In this document: positions 52,961-64,000 of the stretch, piece by piece
Layout of the letters: each line of letters opens with the position of its first letter
How positions within the stretch are numbered: the first letter of the stretch is position 1
Source: Veleropilina oligotropha
Taxonomy: Eukaryota
Assembly (NCBI GenBank): GCA_048128005.1
Contig: JBEUKZ010000111.1
Coordinates: forward strand, 248,001 to 312,000
Length of the DNA stretch: 64,000 nucleotides
Reading direction: 5' to 3'
Translations under genes and position numbers: made by a program
The notes under the pieces: model-generated
What the model saw: the letters and a program-made list of their open reading frames with translations, nothing else
Database searches by the model: none
What the model was told of the DNA's origin: nothing

Positions 52961-54042
52961 CAGGGGCGTATATTCCCCTACGCAAAAACGCACGTGCGTA
53001 CACATTTTTCAGAGAGAGATTTTTTTTTTTTCGAATATTTTTTGTTCGAATATTTTCGTAGGTACCGTAATTGTCTCGCCCCGTTCGAATAATCTATATT
53101 ATATAGCAACAATAAACTGCACTAATCGTCAAACGGAAACAGACGAACGATAAACAGCGTTACATTACATGCCCCTGTGTGATCGAATACGCGACCTGAC
53201 ATCACGCATTTCGGTAATATAAAGTCCGCGAAGACGATATAGCGCGTAACTTATGGCTATGTCACGCATAATATTCAACCAATGAAATTGTCAAGAGGGT
53301 TTGCTGGTCAATCTTTACCATGGTCGATTTCGCGAATAATTATTGCTTGCAAAGTTGGCCCTAGCTATTTCGTTCATTAGTTTTGTAAGCGTAATCAATA
53401 AAGACATTTCATTGCGAGATTTCCGGATATGTATAAACTAGGCCTATATGCAACATATTAGATAATCGTACCGAATGTTCAATCAATAGCATTAATGATT
53501 TGTGGCATTGGCTAGACAATTACTGCAGTTGAACAAGTTCTTTCGTTATATTATCAGCGATTCGCCGTCAGAATCCCCCCCCCTAGAACACTTGTAAACC
53601 ATGTCCGTAATATAGTGTCTGTAAAAAATAGTATTGAACAAACGAAGTACCGTACGTAGTCAATTTATATTCCAGAATTCAGGAAAATATGTGGGTGAAT
53701 ACTAATATTATCGAATATTTATTTTAACATGTTTTTAATAATTTCTGCTCTCCAAACATGAAATTTTGAGGCAAACAAAAATGTCAATTTTTGTCCTAGA
53801 ATGCAGGAGAACGCTTCTCAGAGCTTCTAAATTAAAAAAATCTTGGGGGGGGCATGCCCCCAAACCCCCCTAAATATTCGCGGCCTACGGCCGCTCAATC
53901 TTCGCGGCCTTCGGCCGCTCACGTGGCTATCTCTTTCTTGCCATATGAGGTGCCCTTGGTTAATGATACCCCCCTAACATCAAAATGCTTGCGACGCCCC
54001 TGATAAATGTGCGTACACTTTTTTGCCCAATATACGCCCCTG
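52961..54042. mobile_element. hAT5-like MITE (5-bp TSD)
   Basis: AGCGT|CAGGGGCGTATATT ... AATATACGCCCCTG|AGCGT. Confidence 0.8.
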
Positions 54043-54999
54043 AGCGTACAAGATTTTATCGCAAGGATGACGCAATTTTTCACGATAATGACGAATTTTA
54101 TCTTCTGGATCATTGTCGAGTTCAAATACCTTGACAATAAACTTAGCTCCAGATTGTTTATTCGTGTGCAGCGTGTTTTACGCTTGAATCACATCGCTAT
54201 AATGAAGACATATTATATCAATATAATGAAAAAAATTCGCGATAATGACTTTTCATTCTTAAGGTTGTAGATTTTTTTAGTAATTTTATGACGTAATCCT
54301 CGGGGCTCCAACAATCCGATGTTATGACATTGTGTTATTTGATAAAGTGTTAAAACGTAAGTTTTAAAAGTTTAATAATTGGTGTTTTTACCATATATCT
54401 TGTGTAACTGAGCATTGTTGATTAAATGTCAACAATGTCATGTCGATCCGATGTTTGACAATGTGTTATAATGTTACGAATTTAAATAAATGGGGTTGTG
54501 TTGTCATATAAATTGTGAAGTTGTTGAGTAAATGACAGCAGTGCCATCGTCGCGATCGCGGTGTAATCGTGACGATGTTGTGATATTTATTCAATACTTT
54601 GCACTTCTCAAGAAAAATGGGAATATTATGCACTGCAAATGCTACAAATCATATTTGCGTCACGCCGGTTACCATTACATACATTTTTCACTGATATCAA
54701 CCCCTTATACACATATATACCACACTTTAATGATTCGGTTAATAAATTTAATTTTACTTTGTGTCGCGGTGGTTTTGGATCCGTAAAAATGTTTATATTT
54801 TATTACTGGTATACTCTAGTTAAATTAAATATATTCAGATACCTCGATTGTTACATAATAGATAAGCAAAAATTAAATTAAATTAGTACGTTGTTCATCA
54901 GTAGCGCTCAAACTGTGTTTTAGTTTTAAGGTATATGACGTCATAATGACAAGTGTTATTTCACTACCTATACAAAATATGTTGCCATTTCAAAATATT

Positions 55000-57900
55000 C
55001 ATAGTTTAAGCGCTGTTTCTATTCATTTCACAATCTAGACATGTTGGTTGTAATTAAAATGTAAAAATTTGACGAAAAATAAGACATTTTAAATTTTGAT
55101 AAATGAAACGTAAAATATTACCAAAAGTGTTATTCACCCACATAGGAATAAAACTGTTGTAGCAAAATTGTATGATACAGTGCGTAAGATAGATACGTTT
55201 ACAAGGAAATGGATGTAAATCGTGGTGGGAAGACATATTTGGAGATGTTATTTACAACATTTCTAAAACGACGGGCGAAAAGACAGCGCAATATACAAGG
55301 CGAGAACTCAACTTAAAAACGATCCTCTCAAAGTATTCGTTTCGGAAGACCTCACGAAAACACGAATCGGCATTATCCACGAATTACAAGTGTTACGTAA
55401 AGCCAAGCGAATCCATTTTTCTGGACATATGACGGCCGTAAGTCATTCAAGAAAACAGAAACCTCAACACCAGAATACATAAAGTCGATGACAGATTTCC
55501 AAAGAAAATTCAATACAATTAAGTAACGAATCCGCATTATGATATCCTCAAATCGGACATATAGTTACGTTCAATAGTATGCATTAACTCAAGTTATTCA
55601 GTAATTCATTGCGTATTTACCAAACTATAACGCTGTATTTTCATTTTTATTCAGGGATTTTGTACGAGATATGTGCGTTATCAAGATATGTTTACATATT
55701 GATTTCTATCTGTTTCTACATCAAAAAGAAATTATGTTTCTGTATTAGCCATCATGCCTATGTTTCTGTATTAGCCATCATGCCTATGTTTCTGTATTAG
55801 CCATCATGCCTATGTTTCTGTATTAGCCATCATGCCTATGTTTCTGTATTAGCCATCATGCCTATGTTTCTGTATTAGCCATCATGCCTATGTTTCTGTA
55901 TTAGCCATCATGCCTATGTTTCTGTATTAGCCATCATGCCTATGTTTCTGTATTAGCCATCATGCCTATGTTTCTGTATTAGCCATCATGCCTATGTTTC
56001 TGTATTAGCCATCATGCCTATATGCTTATTTACCATTCTATTATATATTGCGTTGTATATATTGTTGCAGTAAATATTTTTGGAGGAAACGAAAATGTTT
56101 ATCTTTCTTCTCAAAACCAGCACTCCATGCAAGGTCATGAACAATTGATAACATTCCTTTATATGATGAATATTTATTTATTTAAGATATGCTACATATA
56201 TTTATGCACGCTATTTATCCTAATTGCTTCAAGTAAGTCACAATTTATCTATTCAGTGCAACACTCCAATCGATATAGATTTATTCCAGTATTTGAACTA
56301 AATCATAAAGAATATGGGTAATTATCTTGTTCAGTACAGAATATCGATTGGTTTGTTTGCATCTGTCAAAATGACGCGAGGCAAGTCCACAGGAATAACA
56401 CCAACAGATATATTGATATCAATTTACTGTGCAATAATATCGCTTATATCGTATACACTTTTTGTTATAAAAAACGTTATCCATATGTCAGCACTAATTT
56501 CATTATTACTTTTATGTGGTAATATTCATGCTAATCCGGGACCCCCGAATGCACAAATCCTATGTTCTTGTAAATCTTTCTTTCAAATATTTCATCAAAA
56601 CGTTTTAAGTATTCGTCATAAAATTGATGCATTATCACAAATTGTATCGGAATATGATATTTTATGTTTCACAGAAACACATCTTGATTATAATGTAATT
56701 ACCGACTCGATCCCTACTTATTGACACGTATGATACACCTATACGCAGAGATATAAATTGTCATGGCGGAGGTATAGCCATGTACATTAAAAATAATATC
56801 ATGTTTAAAACAAGGCAAGAACTTGAAAATAATTATATAGAGATAATGTGGATATAAATTAATCTAAAGTCATACAGAGTTTTAATATAAATAATTTATC
56901 GTCCTCCAAGCGCCCCTCTCTCCTTTTGGACTCATCTTGAGCAATCTATATCAAATGCACGAGACACTGGCTTACCTATCATTATAACTGGCGATATTAA
57001 TGTTAACATGTTAAACCCAGACACGAACAAATTAACTCAGATATTGGATCTATTTAATCTTATAAACGTTATCAACAAACCTACCGGTGTAACAGCTACA
57101 TATAGTACGCTGTTGGACCCCATAATTATACCAGCTGATTTTCCTTTTTTTGACTCCTGCGTATATGACTATCGACTTTCAGACCACAAATCCACATCGA
57201 TTGCGCTCTACTCATGTTTCGAAAAAACATTATGCTGCGAACGGCATGTGTGGGATTACAAGAATTCGGATTTTGACCCAAAATTTTATCAATTACTTAC
57301 AAATAAAAATTGGAATGATTTATTAAATCAAACAATAGATATCGATGAGTCAGTTGAGACGTTCACGAACACTTTTCTTTCTATAGAAAGAGAAAGCATT
57401 TCTTCAAAAATAGTAACAATAAGACCAACAGATAAAGTTTGGTACACTTCATAAATAAGGAAGCTTTCTCGAAAAAGGGATAGACTTTATAAAAAATGCG
57501 CTCTAGAAAGGAACACAGCAACTTGGAATAAATACAAAAAACTTAGAAACAAAATAAATAACATGATTAAATTACAAAAATGGAAATTTTACTCTAACAT
57601 AAATGATATATTAGGCAACACGAATAATCCTAAGCCATTTTGGAAAATAGTCAAATCATTAATTCTAGATAACGTATCATCTACAATGCCTCCATTATCC
57701 TTAGGTGAAGGAAAATACGCGTACAGCGACATAGAAAAGGCTGTATGTTTAAATAATTATTTCGCCAGTATAGCTCAAACATGTGATGACGAGGATCCCA
57801 TTCCTAATTTAGGCAATAGATGCAATGAAATTATTTATAATATTAATGTTACCCCACAATATGTTGAAGACGTTATCACTTCTCTTTTAGTGAATAAAGC

Positions 57901-59930
57901 AACTGGTCCCGATAAAATTAGTCACCGTATGTTAAAGCATGTGCAAATCAGTGTATCGTTTCCTTTAGCGATATTATTTTCTAAATCACTAAATGAATCT
58001 GTATTTCCAAATTTCTGAAAGCAAGCCACTGTTATACCTTTATTTAAGAAAGGCAATAGGTCAGAATTATCAAATTACCGGCCAATATCATTATTAAGCT
58101 GTATAGGGTAAATATTTGAAAGAATAGTGCACAAACATATACATAACTTTTTACTAGATAATCGTCTATTGTATCAGTATCAAATTGGTTTCCAACCAGG
58201 TCACTCTACAATATACCAGCTTCTTGAAATTTATGATAATATCTGTTGTTCCATTGACAACAATGAAAGCGTGTGTTTAATATTTGTTGACGTATCTAAA
58301 GCTTTTGATAAAGTTTGGCACAAAGGCTTATTTCACAAAGTGGAAAGCTATGGAATACGGGGAAATTTGTTGTCCTGGTTAAAAAGCTATCTCTCGAATA
58401 AAGAACAACAGGTAATCATAAATGGCGACATTTCCAACAAAGCTGGACTATCTGCGGGTGTACCACAAGGTTCGGTGCTGGGCCCCGTGCTGTTTTTGTT
58501 ATATATAAATGATTTACCGGACCACATTGACACTGATACCAGACTATTTGCGGACGATACATCTATCTCGGCGTCATCATCAGACAATACCAGTATTGAA
58601 CAAACCTTAAATAATTCACTAACAAGTACATTCATGGTCCCGTGATTGGCATGTTAAATTTAATCCTGAAAAAAACAAAAGGGGTATTTATTTCTAATCG
58701 CAATGTAGTCACTCCAGATTTATCTTTCGACAACATACCTATTTCTTTTGAAGACCACCATAAACACCTTGGCGTTACTTTATCAAATGCAGCTAAATGG
58801 AAATGTCACATAGACAATATTATTAAATCTTGTAGTAGAATGCTAGGCATCATGAGAAAACAAAAATTTAAGTTGAATAGTTATAGTTTAAGGCCAATTA
58901 TAGAATATGGTTCGGAAGTGTGGACCGGCCTCTCTGCCACAGATAGCACTAACCTAGATATACTGCAACATGAAGCTATGAGAATAATTACAGGTTTACC
59001 TAGATATACTTCAATAGAATTACTATATTGCGAGACAGGGTTAGAAACACTACAACAACGCAGAAATTTAAAACAATGATGTACAAGATAGTAAATAAAA
59101 TGACACCAGACTATTTAACAAACAAATTACCTCCTATCATTAATGACATCACCCGATATCCCCTACGAAATTCGTCGAATATAAGAAATCCAACACGACG
59201 TCTAGATACGAGCAATAAATCTTTTTTTCCTACTGCCATTACAATATGGAATGCACTAGACCAAAACACGCGTAATGCACCAACCATTAATTCCTTTAAA
59301 TATCGAATATCAACGAAATCATCTCATGATAAAATGTTTTTTATCAAATCTCGAGCATTAGAAATCCTTCACCGCAAATTAAGATGCACAACTATCCCTT
59401 TACACAGTGACTTGTATAATTACCACATAATTGGTAACTACTTCTGTACATGTGGGCCAGTCCGAGAAGATGCATACCACTTCTTTTTTATATGCCACAA
59501 TTAAAATATTCAAAGACGAACAATGTTTGACAAGTTGCATTTCATGACCGATATCACACTTGAAAAATTTTTGTATGGCGATGTTTCGGTCAGCGAATCA
59601 CAAAATAAACAAATATTTAAAGCTGTTCAATGTTATATACAATTCGTAAATCGATTATTTGACAATCACTTGCCTCACTCATAAATAATGAAGCTAATAA
59701 TAGTATTAATTTATACAAATATTATCGTAGTGCATACATTTATGTTTTCATCAATATATAACCATGATATTAAGTATTGCATGTATGCACATAGCACTGC
59801 ACCTTCCTGCACATCTTGTTTGTATTTTATTTATTATATATTTTGTAAGGAGAGGGTACTTCGATAAGTTTATTAAAAAATTTTACCCGATCCCATCCTT
59901 GAGGGAATAAATATGTTTAAAACAAAAACA
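55000..59930 (+). mobile_element. Near full-length degenerate CR1-group LINE (ORF1 remnant, 2A-like leader, APE, RT)
   Basis: ORF1-like VFVSEDLTKTR..WTYDG (55290-55445); LLLCGNIHANPGP; FTETHL, SDH, KATGPD, FVDVSKAFD, GVPQGS, FADD, CTCGPVREDAYHFFFIC; tail AATAAATATGTTTAAAAC. Confidence 0.9.
55736..56022. repeat. 26-bp minisatellite, ~11 near-identical copies, between ORF1 and ORF2 of the LINE
   Basis: Unit TGTTTCTGTATTAGCCATCATGCCTA. Confidence 0.95.
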
Positions 59931-62685
59931 GCGCCAGTTACATCGACACCAGGGCCTGTATCAATAAATGTGTTGGGCTACAAATTATACAGAGATGATA
60001 GAACAGATACTTTAAATGGCACAGGGGGGGGGGTTACTGCTATACATAAAAGAAGAACTAAATTATGTTAATCGTGACTATTTTAAAATAAACTCTTTTC
60101 AAAAGTCAGTTTGGTGCGAAATTTTGGCCAGTAATAAAAGATATTCCACAATTGTCGGTATTATTTACCGTTCACCAAATAGCCCAGAAGAAAATAGTGC
60201 TAACTTAAGCAAAACGTTAGCGAGAGTGAGTAACTGTAAGCTAAACGTATTAGTTATGGGAGACTTTAACTTGATATAAGTTGGAAAAATTTGCATAGTG
60301 GGAATGCAGGCAATGACTTTTTAACAACAATGCAAAATGGATTTATGTATCAACATGTGGATTTCCCGACTAGAGGTAACAATGTATTAGATTTAGTGTT
60401 TTCCAGTGAATTAAATATGGTTCAAAACATTGGTAAACTTGGAAGTAGTGATCATGACTTGATTGAATTTCAGCTACACACAAAAACAACTATGAAAACA
60501 AGCAAACAAGAAATACCAGATTTTCGAAAAGCAGACTTTGACAAAATTAAGTCAGATCTCCGAAATATAAACTGGGGAGAATCTGAAAACCTAAATGCTA
60601 AAGAAGGTTGGGAAACTTTACGAATTAACATCGAAGAAATAATGAAAGTAAGTTTCACTAAAGTGTAGACGCAAACAGCATTCACCACCATGGTTAACCA
60701 GGAAAGTAAGAAAAATTATCAGAAGGAAATATAAGCGTTGGAAACGATACAGGGAGTCACATGACACAGATGACCACCAAAAATATAAAGAATGTGAGAT
60801 AACGTGTAAAAAAGAAATCCGAGCAGCCAAGAAATGTTTTGAAGAAAATCTAGCAAAAAACATCAAAGAAAATCCAAAATCATTTTATCCTTACATTAGG
60901 TCAAAACAAAAAGCATAAGATGTCGTAGGTCCCCTGAAAGATGAAAAGGGAAATTTTATATCAGATGATTCACGAATCGCAGAATCCTTAAACAAATATT
61001 TTGCATCTCTCTATAAGTTGGAGGATACGGTAAACATGCCACCAGAAAAACATATCTTTCGAGAAAAGGAAAACTTTTGTGAAAGTATGGAGATTACGAC
61101 TGAAATGGTTGAAAAAAATATAAACTTACTAAATGTTAGTAAAGCTCCAGGTCCGGACAATATATATCCCAAATTGCTGAAAGCCGGTATGGAAGAATTA
61201 GTAAAGCCATTAACCATGATATTCAATAAATCATTAATAGAAGGAAGTTTGCCTGATGACTGGAAAATTGGTAATATTACCCCAATCTTTAAGAAGGGAA
61301 GTAGGTCAACCACCCAAAATTATCGACCTATTAGTCTGACATCAATAGTAGGCAAGATCATGGAATCTATGTTAAAGGATGCTATCTTACAACACATTAA
61401 TAAATTTGACTTGCTAAACCTTAGTCAGCATGGATTTATGGCGAAACGTTCTTGTTTAACCAACTTACTGGAATTTTTTGAAGATGTAACAACTGCCATA
61501 GATACGGGCGAACCATTTGATATAATATATCTTGATTTTCAAAAGGCATTCGACAAAGTACCACATAAACGTCTGATACAAAAATTAAGTAACCATGGTC
61601 TGAAAGGTCCAATATTAAACTGGATAAGGATGTGGCTAGCAAATAGAAAACAGGGTTGTAATAAATGGGATCAAGTCAAAGTGGGAGCCGGTACTAAGTT
61701 GAGTCCCACAAGGTTCTGTTTTGGGCCCATTGCTGTTTATAATATATTTAAATGACATTGATGACGTCATTACGTCTCTTGTAAAAAAAGTTTGCAGACG
61801 ATACCAAATTGTACAGAATTGTTGAAACTGAGGAAGATGCAAAAACACTTCAAAGTGATTTAAACAATCTGGTAAAATGGTCAGAGGATTGGCAAATGCT
61901 TTTTAGCACCAGTAAATGCAAGGTAGTGCATACGGGTTATAACAACAAAACTTTCAATTATAAAATGGGTTCAGATACCTTAGAAGTAGTAACAAAAGAG
62001 AAAGATTTGGGTGTATGGGTAGACAAGACGTTTAAACCATCAAATCAATGTGCAGAATCAGCTAAAAAGGGAAATCAAATATTGGAAATGATAAAGAGAA
62101 ACTTTAATTTAAATCCAGAGTCATCATAACACGCTTATACAAGCAAATGGTTAGACCGCATTTAGAATATGCAGTGCAAGCATGGAACCCATATCTTGCA
62201 AAGGATATCAAAATTCTTGAACAAGTTCAAAGAAGAGCCACAAAATTGATAGGCGAATTGAGAAAATTACTTTATGAGGATAGACTAAGAGCACTTAACC
62301 TCATAACATTGTCTTTGAGAAGGACACGGGGGGATATGATTCAGGTATTTAAAATGTTTACAGGAATTGACAATGTTGACAGTACTTTCTTTTTTCCGAT
62401 GAACCAAAGACCTACTAGGGGCCATAAATACAAAGTTTACAAAAAAAGATTCCGACTAGACGTTAGAAAACACTTTTTCTCAAATCTTGTTGTCGATGAA
62501 TGGAACAGTCTTCCTAGTAATGTAGTAGAATCAACATCTGTAAACCAATTTAAAAACCGCATAGATGCTTATTTTAAGAAACAGGGCAGGCTATAGATGA
62601 CCAGAAACGACAATGGGTTATAATATGAGTGGCAGTAAAGCATTTCCTAAACCCAAACAAATTATATTTAAATCTATTTAAATCG
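59931..62685 (+). mobile_element. 5'-truncated CR1-clade LINE (APE-RT), degenerate
   Basis: GGGLLLY, YRSP, MGDFN, PTRGNNVLDLV, SDH, KAPGPD, NYRPISLTS, YLDFQKAFD, VRPHLEY, RRTRGDMI, TRGH, FFSN. Confidence 0.93.
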
Positions 62686-63084
62686 CTGAAACAATCAGTC
62701 CGTTTGCAACCAGAGAGCAGTTAGGCTTGACGAGTGATCTGCTTTTTAATTGATCCTCCAGTCTTGACAATACAAGTCTTTGTGTCATGCAATGGACCAA
62801 TTAGAAGCTGAAAATAGCAGCTTCAGGAGCCAATTAGAGGATAACGCGAAATCTCTTGTCAACGCTCGGAAGAGATTAAAACGCTTCAGAGAAGACAAAT
62901 ACATGAGTATTCTTGACGAAAACCAGAAATTAAAAGATGAAAACGAATTGAAACAACAAACCGTTGATCAAATGAACAATCAGTTATCTACCAATCGAGC
63001 TGATTTGAAATTAGCACAGCAGGAAAATAAATGTTTGGTAGAAGAACTGAGAATAGCAAATGCACAATGCGAGCAACAGATTGA

Positions 63085-63330
63085 CAATCAATCAATCAAT
63101 CAATTCTTTATTGGCACAAGATCCATGTGCAAAAAGATATAGCCAAGAAAATAATATATATATACGTTCACAGACACACAATACAATACAAAAGTATAAC
63201 CAGTTACGGATACATAATACAAGGTGCTACCCCGATATATGAGTGTTTCCATAAATTCAGGGTCAAATGTCAATTTGATTCTGATAATCTAAATGTTGCA
63301 ATATTGACTTGAATTTTCTTTGGAACAGCT
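63085..63330 (-). mobile_element. LINE 3' end fragment with (TTGA)n tail
   Basis: Minus strand CCAATAAAGAA followed by TTGATTGATTGA; it truncates the coiled-coil ORF at 62780. Confidence 0.5.
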
Positions 63331-63334
63331 TTAA

Positions 63335-64000
63335 AGTGACCTACCTATTACCCAAAATAGGCAGCAGCGCTGAATTTCAACTATAATCAATATTTAATGA
63401 GGTAATTAATTACAGACATGTCGTGTAGCTGACATCAGTGTCATGTAGGTGACATAATACTAACTTCGCTGACCATGTTGCTTATTTCATTATATATATC
63501 AGACATATTTAGAAGGTAAATGCATTTGGTAATTTCCTTTGTTTCGCTAATAAGAAAAAAAATCACAAAGCAGTAATTAAAATTATTTATTAAAATAACG
63601 TTATGTAGTTGACAGAAACGTCATGCAGGTGACGTAAAAGTGATAATGTAATATGTTGTAACTTGACAATGTCTAATCCTTGATAATAGACACTATAGTG
63701 AACAAGCCACTTCTAGTAATTTGATATATAACTAGTAAATGAGAGTACTGAGTAATATTAACTAATTGTACATTAATTTTAGCACGTCATGCAGTTGACA
63801 GAAGCGTCACGTAAGTGACATAGCATTGATAACATGTATGTACTATGTGGCACCTTTACAAAATAGCAGACACTATGGTTAACAAATTAGTTGTAATAAC
63901 TTGATATATATATATATATATATGACTAGTAAATGAGCATATGAACTAATATTAACTAATTCTACATTCATTATAATATGCCATGTAGACAGAAGACATA
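63335..64000. repeat. ~185-200 bp diverged tandem repeats after a TTAA|AG terminus (possible Kolobok-type left end; continues past the window)
   Basis: Recurrent GTCATGYAGGTGACA / TAGTTGACAGAA..GTCA and AGACACTAT..ACTAGTAAATGAG..AATATTAACTAAT. Confidence 0.5.

Noticed and set aside
62780..63142. Coiled-coil ORF (120 aa)
   Set aside because: TTG start, truncated by a LINE tail; probably a retroelement ORF1 fragment and not assignable.

Overview
AT-rich, repeat-dense eukaryotic (metazoan, probably marine invertebrate; inference) genomic DNA. No prokaryotic genes, rRNA or CRISPR array were seen. Only one intact host gene is supportable: an intronless rhodopsin-class GPCR (11402-12562, minus strand). 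There are also a decayed C2H2 zinc-finger array and a probable secreted/LRR pseudogene split by a TTAA-type insertion. The rest is nested mobile DNA: APE-RT LINEs (CR1/L2/Crack/RTE-X-like), an RNase H-bearing I-group LINE end, tRNA-derived SINEs, Kolobok-, P-, pogo-, piggyBac- and hAT5-like TIR elements, Helitron/Helentron derivatives, hairpin-ended elements and minisatellites. The most unusual signal is an array of five ~100-115 nt GC-rich modules plus a collapsed sixth (30834-31683) downstream of the RNase H LINE ORF. Their pairings covary between copies, and I could not match them by eye to a known ribozyme core. All family assignments come from motif recognition, not from database searches.
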